The position numbers and the translations under genes were made by a program. This document shows, one piece after another, positions 19,331-28,383 of a stretch of 64,000 bases of DNA. Within the stretch, counting starts at the first letter, position 1. Each line of letters opens with the position of its first letter. The notes beneath the pieces are model-generated. The model did no database searches. It worked only from the letters and a program-made list of their open reading frames with translations, and had not been told where the DNA came from. This DNA is from an uncultured Clostridium sp. (GTDB lineage: Bacteria > Bacillota > Clostridia > TANB77 > CAG-508), in assembly GCA_930990555.1 (NCBI GenBank), contig CAKNPW010000006.1, positions 2,833 through 66,832 on the forward strand, written 5' to 3'.

Positions 19331-19711
19331 ATGGAAGAAGAAAAATTAGTATGTGCAGAAAACTGTCCACATTTAAATAAAATAAATAATGTTAAATCAC
19401 TAGAACCGAAGGCAGATCAATACCGAAAATTATCAAATATGTTCAAATTATTCTCAGATGAAACTAGATTAAAAATAATTTGTAGCTTATTAAAAGAAGA
19501 ACTATGTGTTTGTGATCTATGCGAATTATTGGGCTTAAATCAATCACAAGTTTCTCATCAATTACAGCTTTTAAGAAATAGTAAATTAGTAAAATTTAGA
19601 AGAGAAGGAAAGCAAATCTTTTACAGCTTAGATGATGAGCACGTAGAACTTATTATACAAATGGCATTAGATCATATTTTAGAGGAGGAAGAAAAGCATG
19701 GCATGTTGTAG
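19331..19711 (+). CDS. cadC: ArsR/SmtB-family metal-sensing repressor (CadC-like)
   Basis: ELCVCDLCELLGLNQSQVSHQLQLLRNSKLV (metal-site CVC plus wHTH). N-terminal Cys residues. Confidence 0.8.
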   Translation: MEEEKLVCAENCPHLNKINNVKSLEPKADQYRKLSNMFKLFSDETRLKIICSLLKEELCVCDLCELLGLNQSQVSHQLQLLRNSKLVKFRREGKQIFYSLDDEHVELIIQMALDHILEEEEKHGML

Positions 19712-21545
19712 TCATAATCATGAGGAATGTGAAGTAAAGGAAAAAAATAAAAGCAAAATAGTTTTTTACATACTTTCATTAGTTTTATTTGGAATTGGAT
19801 TTATTCCAGCTTTAGCAGAATATAAGATTTGGATATATTTAGTAGCAGTATTATTTGCAGGATATGATTTATTAATAGAAGGAATAAAAAACTTATTTAA
19901 GTTTAATTTCGAAGAAAGCACATTAATGACAATAGCTATAATTGGAGCATTTATAAAAGGTGATTATCCAGAGAGTTGTTTGGTTGTTTTATTATTTAAA
20001 TTAGGTGAATTCTTAGAAGAATTTGCAGAAGTGCAATCTAATAAAAATATAGAAGATATAACTAAAATTAAAGCTAATAATGCTAATTTAGTTGATGGAG
20101 ATAATGTAAATGTTATTAAAGTAGAAGATGTAAAAATAGGTGACATATTACTTGTAAAACCTGGTGAAAAGATTCCTGTTGATGCAATAGTTACATCTGG
20201 TACATCCCAAATAGATACATCACCAATTACAGGTGAGAGTAAACCTGTTAAAGTAGAAAAAAATAATGAAGTTATTTCTGGAAGTATAAATTTAAATAGT
20301 GCAATTTATATTAAAGCAGAAAAAGAATATAAAGATTCTATGGCTTCGCAAATAATTGATTTAGTATATGAAGCAACAAATAATAAAGGAAAGACAGAAA
20401 AATTTATTACTAAATTTTCTAAAATATATACACCTATTGTAATAGTAGTTGCAATTTTGTTAGTAATAATTCCATTAATATTAGGTGCAGATATGGATAA
20501 GTGGATAGATATAGCATTGTTCTTCTTAGTGGCATCTTGTCCATGTAGTTTAGTAATTTCTATACCATTATCATTCTTCTCTTGTATAGGCGCGATTTCT
20601 AAAAAAGGAATGATTATAAAAGGAACAAAACATATAGAGAATTTATCAAAAACAGATATAATTGCATTTGACAAAACCGGAACATTAACTACAGGTAAAA
20701 TGGTTATAGATAAATTAGAAGCAACAAAAATTCCAGAAAATGAAATGTTAGAATATATTTATAGTATAGAAAGTTTATCTAATCATCCTATTGCAACAGC
20801 AGTTTCAAGTTATAAAAAAGACATTGAAAAATTAGAAGTAAAAGATTATATCGAATATTCTGGACATGGTTTATATGGAATTATTAATGGAAAAGAAATT
20901 TTATTCGGAAATAAAAAACTAATGGAAAAATACGATGTAGATACAGCAGAATATGTTGATAATACTATTACACTTGCAGTAGATAAACAAATTGTAGGAT
21001 ATATAACATTAAAAGAAGAGTTAAGAGAAAATGTGGAAAATATATTAGATAATTTAAAAGAGGCAGGAGTAAAAGATGTTGCAATATTAACAGGTGACAA
21101 TAAAAAGGCTGCTAAGAATATTGCAGATAAATTAAAAATATCAAAAGTATATGCAGAATTATTACCACAAGAAAAATTAAACAAAGTAAAAGAACTACAG
21201 GCTGATAAAAATAAAGTAACATTTTTAGGTGATGGAATTAATGATAGTCCAGTAATTGCAACAGCAGATTTTGGGATGAGTATGGGAACTGGTTCAGAAA
21301 TTGCAAATAACACAGCAGATGGAATCTTAATATCTAACGATATTTCAACCTTACCAACAATAATAAGAATTGCTAAAAAAACAATGAGAATAGTAAAATT
21401 TAATATAACATTTTCATTACTTGCAAAACTTGTTGTGTTAATTGTAGGCTTATTTGGAACAGCACCAATATGGCTTGCAGTATTAGCAGATACAGGAGTT
21501 ACATTACTTACAGTATTAAATGCTTTAAGAATATTAAGAAAATAG
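19698..21545 (+). CDS. cadA: Heavy-metal (Cd/Zn/Co-type) P1B-type ATPase, short form without a ferredoxin-fold HMA domain
   Basis: CPC transport motif (ASCPCSLVIS), DKTGTLT, GDGINDSP. The Cys/His-rich N-terminus MACCSHNHEECE replaces an HMA domain. Confidence 0.85.
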   Translation: MACCSHNHEECEVKEKNKSKIVFYILSLVLFGIGFIPALAEYKIWIYLVAVLFAGYDLLIEGIKNLFKFNFEESTLMTIAIIGAFIKGDYPESCLVVLLFKLGEFLEEFAEVQSNKNIEDITKIKANNANLVDGDNVNVIKVEDVKIGDILLVKPGEKIPVDAIVTSGTSQIDTSPITGESKPVKVEKNNEVISGSINLNSAIYIKAEKEYKDSMASQIIDLVYEATNNKGKTEKFITKFSKIYTPIVIVVAILLVIIPLILGADMDKWIDIALFFLVASCPCSLVISIPLSFFSCIGAISKKGMIIKGTKHIENLSKTDIIAFDKTGTLTTGKMVIDKLEATKIPENEMLEYIYSIESLSNHPIATAVSSYKKDIEKLEVKDYIEYSGHGLYGIINGKEILFGNKKLMEKYDVDTAEYVDNTITLAVDKQIVGYITLKEELRENVENILDNLKEAGVKDVAILTGDNKKAAKNIADKLKISKVYAELLPQEKLNKVKELQADKNKVTFLGDGINDSPVIATADFGMSMGTGSEIANNTADGILISNDISTLPTIIRIAKKTMRIVKFNITFSLLAKLVVLIVGLFGTAPIWLAVLADTGVTLLTVLNALRILRK

Positions 21546-21579
21546 GGATTTGGGGACGTTCTTTGAAATCCCTATTTTG
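21543..21579 (+). repeat. Palindromic dispersed repeat, copy B
   Basis: TAGGGATTTGGGGACGTTCTTTGAAATCCCTATTTTG. The first TAG is the stop codon of the P-type ATPase gene. Confidence 0.9.
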
Positions 21580-21584
21580 TGTTT

Positions 21585-21614
21585 TAGGGATTTTAGGACC
21601 GTCCCCATTTCCCT
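21585..21614 (-). repeat. Palindromic dispersed repeat, degenerate inverted copy B2
   Basis: Plus strand reads TAGGGATTTTAGGACCGTCCCCATTTCCCT. This is the reverse complement of the consensus with about 5 changes. Confidence 0.75.
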
Positions 21615-21674
21615 GTTGAAAAAAATGGATTTTACTGATATAATAGCGATTAAATGTAAGAAAGAGGAAGAAAA

Positions 21675-22979
21675 ATGAAAGTAGCATTTTATACATTAGG
21701 TTGTAAAGTAAATCAATATGAAACAAATGGAATGATTCAGGCTTTTTTAGAAAAAGGATATGAATTAGTTGATTTTTCAGAAAAAGCAGATATTTATATA
21801 ATAAATACTTGTACTGTAACTAGCATTTCCGATAAAAAATCAAGACAAATGATTAGAAGAACAAAACAATTAAATCCAGATGCAATTGTAGTAGCGGTAG
21901 GTTGCTATGCACAAGTAGCGGCAGATAGATTAGAAGAAATAAAGGATATAGATTTAATTTTAGGTATAAGCGAAAAAACAGAAATAGTTAAGTATGTAGA
22001 AGAGGCATTAGCCAATAAACAACCACAAGAACATATATCAGATGTAATGCATCAAAAAGAATTTGTAGATTTTGGTAGTGTAAATTATACAGATAAAAAT
22101 AGAGTTGCAATAAAAGTTCAAGATGGATGTAACCAATTTTGTACATATTGTATAATTCCATATGCAAGGGGACGCATACGTAGCAGGAAAATAGAAAATG
22201 TGAAAGAAGAGGTTACAGAATTAGCTAAAAAAGGAATTAAAGAAATTGTAGTTACTGGAATTCATGTTGCTTCATATGGAAAAGATTTAGAAGAAGATAT
22301 TGGCTTAATAGATTTATTGGAAGAGCTAAATAAGATAGATGGAATAGAAAGAATTCGTTTAAGTTCATTAGAGCCAACATTGATTACAGAAAATTTTGTT
22401 AATAGATTAAGTAAATTAAATAAAATATGTGATCATTTTCATTTGTCTTTACAAAGTGGTTGTGACGAAACTTTAAAAAGAATGAATAGGCATTATACTA
22501 CTGCAGATTTTAAAAAAGCAACTGAATTATTAAAAAAAGCATATCCAAATGTTGCATTAACTACAGATATAATTGTTGGATTCCCAGGAGAAACTGCTGA
22601 GGAATTTAATACTACTTATGAATTTTTAAAAGATATTAATTTTTATAAAATGCATGTGTTTAAATATTCACCAAGACATGGAACAAAAGCTGAAAAAATG
22701 CCAAATCAAGTGGATGGGAATATAAAAGAAGAAAGAAGTAGAAAATTAATAGAATTATCTGATAAAAATGAAAAAGAGCAGAATAAAAAATATATAAATA
22801 CAAATTTAAAAGTATTAATTGAAGAATTAGAAGATGGTTACTATAAAGGGCATACTACCAATTATATAATGGTAAAAATTAAAGAAAATGCAGAAAATTT
22901 GCAAAATAAAATAGTTACAGCTAAAATTATAGGTGATGAGGGGATAGATTTAATTGGAAAATTAGAAGAAGTCTATTGA
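21675..22979 (+). CDS. mtaB: tRNA t6A37 methylthiotransferase MtaB (MiaB-like radical SAM)
   Basis: N-terminus KVAFYTLGCKVNQYETNGM, radical SAM CNQFCTYCIIPYARG, C-terminal TRAM-like domain. Confidence 0.85.
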   Translation: MKVAFYTLGCKVNQYETNGMIQAFLEKGYELVDFSEKADIYIINTCTVTSISDKKSRQMIRRTKQLNPDAIVVAVGCYAQVAADRLEEIKDIDLILGISEKTEIVKYVEEALANKQPQEHISDVMHQKEFVDFGSVNYTDKNRVAIKVQDGCNQFCTYCIIPYARGRIRSRKIENVKEEVTELAKKGIKEIVVTGIHVASYGKDLEEDIGLIDLLEELNKIDGIERIRLSSLEPTLITENFVNRLSKLNKICDHFHLSLQSGCDETLKRMNRHYTTADFKKATELLKKAYPNVALTTDIIVGFPGETAEEFNTTYEFLKDINFYKMHVFKYSPRHGTKAEKMPNQVDGNIKEERSRKLIELSDKNEKEQNKKYINTNLKVLIEELEDGYYKGHTTNYIMVKIKENAENLQNKIVTAKIIGDEGIDLIGKLEEVY

Positions 22980-23142
22980 TAAAAAAGAAGAATTATAGTA
23001 AACTAAAAAAGAACTTATACAAAGGAGAAAGCAATGGAAGAAAAAAATCCAAATAAATTTTATTTAGTTGTTAAAGTAAGTAGATGGACTAAAATTAGAA
23101 ATTTCTTTATTTTAAAATTTAGAAAAAATAGGAGATATGTTA

Positions 23143-23709
23143 ATGAATAAGACAAAAAGAAAAATATTTGAGACAGCTATGCAATTATTTGCAGATAAAG
23201 GGTATGAAGCTACAAGTATAGAAGAGATTACTGCTACAGTAGGCGTTGCAAAAGGTACTTTGTATTATCACTTTTCTAGTAAAGAAGAAATATTTAATTT
23301 CCTAGTAGAAGAAGGTATGAAACTTTTAAAAAATAGTATTCAAATAAAAACAGATAAAGTTTCAAGTTATATAGATAAGATAAGAGCTATTATTTTAATA
23401 CAAATTAAAGTAATAGTAAAATATGAGAGCCTGATTACAATTATTCTTAGTCAAATGTGGGGAAAAGAAGAACGAAATAAAAGAAGTAGACAATATGTAT
23501 TTGAATACTTAAATATAGTAGAAAAAATTGTTAGGGAAGGAATAGAAAAAGGAGAAATTATAGATAGAGATCCAGAAGTTATTGCTTCCGAAATATTTAG
23601 TCTTACGAGTTCTTGCTTAATATTTAAATTAAAAACAGAAAATAATTTAGATATTCAGTCTATGTATAAAGAAATAGAAAAGATAGCTATATCAGGGATA
23701 ATGAAGTAA
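23143..23709 (+). CDS. TetR/AcrR-family transcriptional regulator
   Basis: KRKIFETAMQLFADKGYEATSIEEITATVGVAKGTLYYHFSSKEEI (TetR HTH). Start chosen 9 nt after AGGAG. Confidence 0.9.
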   Translation: MNKTKRKIFETAMQLFADKGYEATSIEEITATVGVAKGTLYYHFSSKEEIFNFLVEEGMKLLKNSIQIKTDKVSSYIDKIRAIILIQIKVIVKYESLITIILSQMWGKEERNKRSRQYVFEYLNIVEKIVREGIEKGEIIDRDPEVIASEIFSLTSSCLIFKLKTENNLDIQSMYKEIEKIAISGIMK

Positions 23710-23843
23710 TATTACAACACTGTTACAAAAAGATTACAAAAATGAAATAAATAATTAAAGATAAAATTATTGTAGATTTATGAAGAAAGATGTATAATAA
23801 ACTTAGTTTTTGGAATTTACGTATGATGAAGGAGGGAATTTAC

Positions 23844-24812
23844 ATGTCTAGATCTGGCATAGTAAATGTTAGAATGGTAATAACTGAGGAGAAGATATTA
23901 TCAAATATAGAAAAAGTACATAAAATGATTAATCCTAAAAGTAAGAAACAAATCATTCAATTAGATGATGATACTTATTTTAAGGATTTAGTAGAAGCTA
24001 TAAAAACATATTTGGTAGAGTATCCAAAGAAACAAAATTTCCCTGCAAGTGTTTATAATGCTGCTTTTGATTTAGTTGAATTTGCTACAAGCCAATTTGA
24101 AGAAAATACTAAACAAATAGAGAATTTAATTAGACAAAGAGAATTAAATATAAGTTTAGGTGGAAAACTAAAAGAGCTTTTAAAGAAGGTTGAAACAAAA
24201 GAAAAAAATTGGAAAGATTCAGTAAAAGAAGCTCAAGAAGATTTTGATGAAGATATAATAAATACTTTATTAATTATCGGAAGAAGTAGAAGCAAAGAAA
24301 CAGATCATTATAAAGATGCACTAAAATTATTAAAAGCAAGAATATCTAATTTGGAATCAAATTTACATATTGAAATAGATATGGAAAGAATAGAAGATAG
24401 ATCAAAAGCATTAAGTTATATTGGACTTGAAATAGCAGATGCATTAAAAGAAATACCAGCACCAGTAGAAGATGTGGTAGAAGAACAAGTAGAACCTGTT
24501 ATGGAACCAGTTCAAAAGGTTAAGAAAGTAAAAACTAAGAAAGAAAAGAAAGTTAATGTTGCTGCAATTGCTGAACCTTCAAATGTAGAAAAAGTAAAAC
24601 AACAACCAAAGGTGGAAACAATTCAAAAAGTAGAAAAACCACAAGCAAAACAAGAAAAACAGGAACAATATGTGGCAGAAACATTTGAAGCTAAACCAAG
24701 CTTATGGCAAAGATTTAAAAACAGCAAATTTGTAAGAACAATTAAATATATTATGAGTATAAGAGTAGTTCTTGAAGTTCCAGCACTTCCAGAAGGAAAA
24801 TCAGAAAACTAA
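23844..24812 (+). CDS. Hypothetical protein with a coiled-coil-like middle and a K/E/V/Q-rich low-complexity C-terminal half
   Basis: ORF; start chosen at MSRSG, 7 nt after AGGAGGG. No recognisable catalytic motif. Confidence 0.6.
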   Translation: MSRSGIVNVRMVITEEKILSNIEKVHKMINPKSKKQIIQLDDDTYFKDLVEAIKTYLVEYPKKQNFPASVYNAAFDLVEFATSQFEENTKQIENLIRQRELNISLGGKLKELLKKVETKEKNWKDSVKEAQEDFDEDIINTLLIIGRSRSKETDHYKDALKLLKARISNLESNLHIEIDMERIEDRSKALSYIGLEIADALKEIPAPVEDVVEEQVEPVMEPVQKVKKVKTKKEKKVNVAAIAEPSNVEKVKQQPKVETIQKVEKPQAKQEKQEQYVAETFEAKPSLWQRFKNSKFVRTIKYIMSIRVVLEVPALPEGKSEN

Positions 24813-24850
24813 ATTGTTGTATAGTTTAATAAATTGCAACAAGATATAAT

Positions 24851-24892
24851 AAAAATACTATATTACTTAAAAGTAGGTAATATAGTATTTTT
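24851..24892 (+). terminator. Intrinsic terminator
   Basis: 16-bp arms AAAAATACTATATTAC / GTAATATAGTATTTTT. Confidence 0.8.
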
Positions 24893-24943
24893 AAATGAAT
24901 ATAAAAATTTTATTAAAAAATTAAAAAAATACTAAAAAAGGTA

Positions 24944-24972
24944 TTGACATATTATATTAAAAATAGTATACT
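24944..24972 (+). promoter_or_regulatory. SigA-type promoter of the tRNA pair
   Basis: TTGACA-17 nt-TATACT, ending about 15 nt upstream of the first tRNA. Confidence 0.7.
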
Positions 24973-24987
24973 AAATTTCGTCGACAG

Positions 24988-25064
24988 GCTCCCTTAGCTC
25001 AGTTGGTCAGAGCAACCGGCTCATAACCGGTGGGTCCAAGGTTCGAATCCTTGAGGGCGCACCA
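24988..25064 (+). tRNA. tRNA with CAT anticodon; features favour tRNA-Ile2 (lysidine) over elongator tRNA-Met, and it is not an initiator
   Basis: Cloverleaf: acceptor GCTCCCT/AGGGCGC (U3-C70 mismatch), D arm GCTC-AGTTGGTCA-GAGC, anticodon arm ACCGG-CTCATAA-CCGGT, T arm CAAGG-TTCGAAT-CCTTG, encoded CCA. C4-G69 and C5-G68 are present. Confidence 0.85.
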
Positions 25065-25081
25065 TAACGCACACTATATTT

Positions 25082-25167
25082 GGGTAGGTGGCCGAGTGGC
25101 TAAAGGCGGCAGACTGTAAATCTGTTCTCATTTGAGTACGATGGTTCGAATCCATCCCTGCCCACCA
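25082..25167 (+). tRNA. tRNA-Tyr (GTA)
   Basis: Acceptor GGGTAGG/CCTGCCC, anticodon loop CTGTAAA, long variable arm, T arm ATGG-TTCGAAT-CCAT, encoded CCA. Confidence 0.92.
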
Positions 25168-25170
25168 ATA

Positions 25171-25194
25171 AAGTACAAGCTAAACTTGTATTTT
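25171..25194 (+). terminator. Terminator after the tRNA pair
   Basis: AAGTACAAG-ctaaa-CTTGTATTT followed by a T-rich tract. Confidence 0.65.
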
Positions 25195-25390
25195 ATTTTC
25201 AACTCTTGAAGCAAACAAAAGTTCGAAGAAGCACAATAAAATTCTCTTCTAATAAGGAAAAAGGAAATTCAGGATTGGGAATGGCAATAGCATATTTTTT
25301 CAAGTAACGGATATGTTGTATCTATGCCTCTTCATTTCTTTGTTAATTTAAGGTATAATAATTAATGAACGTAAAAAGAAAGGTAATAAA

Positions 25391-26290
25391 ATGTTAGAAG
25401 GCTTAAAAGAATGTAAACTATGTCCACATATGTGCAAAATAAATAGATTAGAAGGCAGAGTAGGAAGATGTAAAGCCACAGATAAATTTAAAATATCATT
25501 AGTATCATTACATCAGTTTGAAGAACCATGTATAAGTGGTACAAACGGTTCGGGAACAATATTCTTTTCAAACTGTAATTTTAATTGTGTATTTTGCCAG
25601 AACTATAAAATAAGTCAAGAAGGAATGGGACAAGAAGTAGATATAGATTTTTTAGCGAAAAGTATGATAGAGCAACAGAAAAAGGGAGCTCATAATATAA
25701 ACTTAGTAACTCCAGTAATGTATGTTTATCATATTATAGAAGCAATTAAAATAGCAAAATCAAATGGTTTAAAAATACCAATAATATATAATTCAAATGG
25801 CTATGAAAATGTAGAAACATTGAAATTACTAGAAAGATATATTGATGTATACTTACCAGATTTTAAATATGCTAATAATGAATTAGGCAGAAAATATTCA
25901 AATATAAATAATTATTTTGAAGTAACATCAAAAGCAATAACAGAAATGTATAAGCAAGTTGGACCTCCACAATTAGATGAAAATGGAATAATAAAAAGAG
26001 GTTTAATAATAAGGCATTTAATTCTTCCAAATGAAACCGAAAATAGTAAAAAAGTATTAAAGTGGATTATAGAGAACATAGGAAAAGAAGTTTATGTAAG
26101 TGTTATGGCACAATATTTTCCAACATATAAAGCAAAGCGTATAAAAGAGCTTAATAGAAAAATAAATAATGAAGAATACAAACAAATAGAAGATTATATA
26201 TATGAAATTGGGATAGAAAATGGATATATACAAGATCTAGGTGAACATGAAGAAGAATATGTTCCAGATTTTAAGAATAGTTTGACTTAA
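25391..26290 (+). CDS. Radical SAM protein, PflX-like (homolog of pyruvate formate-lyase activases)
   Basis: N-terminal Cys cluster CKLCPHMCKINRLEGRVGRC, and radical SAM motif CNFNCVFCQNY. Confidence 0.8.
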   Translation: MLEGLKECKLCPHMCKINRLEGRVGRCKATDKFKISLVSLHQFEEPCISGTNGSGTIFFSNCNFNCVFCQNYKISQEGMGQEVDIDFLAKSMIEQQKKGAHNINLVTPVMYVYHIIEAIKIAKSNGLKIPIIYNSNGYENVETLKLLERYIDVYLPDFKYANNELGRKYSNINNYFEVTSKAITEMYKQVGPPQLDENGIIKRGLIIRHLILPNETENSKKVLKWIIENIGKEVYVSVMAQYFPTYKAKRIKELNRKINNEEYKQIEDYIYEIGIENGYIQDLGEHEEEYVPDFKNSLT

Positions 26291-26341
26291 ATAGTAATAT
26301 AATATAAAATATTATGCAGTAAAAACGAAAGGAAGAATGCT

Positions 26342-27973
26342 ATGAAAATAACATATAAAGATAAAACTATAGAGATACAAGAGCCACAAAAAGTAATTGA
26401 TGTGTTTAAAGAAGAATGTAATGAACATGTTATTGCATGTATTTGCAATAATCAAATACAATCATTAAACCATATATTAAAAGAAGATACTAAAATAAAA
26501 TTTATTGATATATCAGATAAAGATGGACTTAGAATTTATATAAGAGGATTAAGTTATATAATGGCAAAAGCCTTTTCAGAAGTATACCCAAAAGCATTAT
26601 TAACAGTGGATTATCAACTATCAAATTCTATGTTTTTTGAAATTGATAATATGAAAGTTACAGACGAAATGATAGATGCTGTAAGTGACAGAATGCATGA
26701 AATAGTTAAAGAAGATTTGCCAATCACAAAAGTTATTATGTCTAAGGAAGAAGCAAATGAGTTTTACGAAAAGAATAGGACATTAAAAGGCATATTGCAA
26801 AAAGATATAAAAGAAAGAGATCATGTTACATTATACTACTGTGAAGATTATTATAATTATTTTTATGGTGTTATGCCAATATCTACAAGATATATGAAGA
26901 TATTTAAACTAGAAAAATATAAACATGGATTTATTATAAGATATCCAAATAGAAGGGATATAACAAAATTACAACCATTTGTAGATAATCCTAAATTGTT
27001 ATCTGCTTTACAAGACTATGAAAATATACATAGATTTTTAGATATAAATACGTTATATAAGCTTAATACAAAAGTTCAAAATGGAGAAGCAAAACATATT
27101 GTTTTATTAGATGAAGCATTACACGAGAAAAAGATTTCACAAATAGCAGATAGAATAGCACAAAATAGAAATGCAAAAGTTATTTTAATTGCAGGACCAT
27201 CATCTTCTGGTAAAACAACTTTTGCGCAAAGACTTGGTTTACAATTAGAATTAAATGGATTAAGACCAGTAACTATATCAGTTGATAATTATTTTGTAGA
27301 AAGAGAAGAAACTCCAAAAGATGAAAATGGAAATTATGATTTTGAAGATATAAATGCTATAGATATGAACTTATTTAATAATCAAATTTTAAGTTTACTA
27401 AATGGAGAAGAAGTTGAAACACCATCATTTAATTTTCATACTGGACATAAAGAATATAGAGGAGATAAATTAAAACTAAATAAAAATGATGTTTTAGTAA
27501 TAGAAGGAATTCATTGTTTGAACGATAAGTTGACAGAGGATATTCCAAAAGAAAACAAGTTTAAAATTTATATTAGTGCATTAACTGTATTAAATATTGA
27601 CTATTTTAATAGGATATCTACAACAGATTCAAGGTTATTAAGAAGAATAGTAAGGGATTATCAATTTAGAGGATATTCAGCACTTCATACTTTAAAAATG
27701 TGGCCATCAGTAAATAGAGGAGAACAAAAAAATATATTTCCTTATCAAGAACAAGCAGATGTTATGTTTAATACATCATTAGTATATGAAATATCTGCAT
27801 TGAAACCTATGGCTTTACCATTATTAAAGGAAATAGATAGCTCTGAAGAAGAATATTCAGAAGCTAAAAGACTATGTGAAATTTTACAATATTTTGAGGA
27901 AATACCAAAAGATTTAATTCCTTCAAATTCTTTATTACGAGAATTTTTAGGAAATGGAGATTTTAAATATTAG
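26342..27973 (+). CDS. TGS-domain / uridine-kinase (PRK)-family P-loop nucleoside kinase-like protein
   Basis: 543 aa. P-loop IAGPSSSGKTTFAQRLG, PRK-like VIEGIHCLND. N-terminal ThrRS-like TGS/second-additional-domain architecture. Confidence 0.7.
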   Translation: MKITYKDKTIEIQEPQKVIDVFKEECNEHVIACICNNQIQSLNHILKEDTKIKFIDISDKDGLRIYIRGLSYIMAKAFSEVYPKALLTVDYQLSNSMFFEIDNMKVTDEMIDAVSDRMHEIVKEDLPITKVIMSKEEANEFYEKNRTLKGILQKDIKERDHVTLYYCEDYYNYFYGVMPISTRYMKIFKLEKYKHGFIIRYPNRRDITKLQPFVDNPKLLSALQDYENIHRFLDINTLYKLNTKVQNGEAKHIVLLDEALHEKKISQIADRIAQNRNAKVILIAGPSSSGKTTFAQRLGLQLELNGLRPVTISVDNYFVEREETPKDENGNYDFEDINAIDMNLFNNQILSLLNGEEVETPSFNFHTGHKEYRGDKLKLNKNDVLVIEGIHCLNDKLTEDIPKENKFKIYISALTVLNIDYFNRISTTDSRLLRRIVRDYQFRGYSALHTLKMWPSVNRGEQKNIFPYQEQADVMFNTSLVYEISALKPMALPLLKEIDSSEEEYSEAKRLCEILQYFEEIPKDLIPSNSLLREFLGNGDFKY

Positions 27974-27983
27974 GAGCTTAAGT

Positions 27984-28301
27984 ATGTTAAAAGATAGCAA
28001 ATTTACAGAGATAGATGAAGAATTTATTTGTGAACACTGTGGAAAATTAGTACCTAAATTAGAATATTCTTGCAGAAATCATTGCCCATATTGTTTGTAT
28101 TCTAAACATGTAGATATAAATCCAGGAGATAGAGCAGAAACATGTCATGGTATTTTGAAGCCAATAGGGATTGAATTAAATTCTAAAAAGGGATATGTAA
28201 TAGTTTTTAAATGTGAAAAATGTGGAGCTATAAGAAAAAATAAAGCAGCAAAAGATGATAATATGGATTTAATCATTAAACTAAGTAGTAATCCGATATA
28301 A
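27984..28301 (+). CDS. RNHCP-domain zinc-ribbon protein
   Basis: CEHCG ... CRNHCPYCLYSKHVD ... CEKCG. Start chosen 7 nt after AGGAG. Confidence 0.75.
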   Translation: MLKDSKFTEIDEEFICEHCGKLVPKLEYSCRNHCPYCLYSKHVDINPGDRAETCHGILKPIGIELNSKKGYVIVFKCEKCGAIRKNKAAKDDNMDLIIKLSSNPI

Positions 28302-28383
28302 GCGAGATTAGAAATTATAAAATAGGTTAATATTAAAAGACATTCTTAATCTGTACTGAACCCAAAAAGTTGGACAGTATAAA

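Noticed and set aside
21508-21726. A 72-aa minus-strand ORF spanning the repeat pair and the mtaB start.
   Set aside because: It runs through the palindromic repeats and overlaps two well-supported genes, and it has no RBS.
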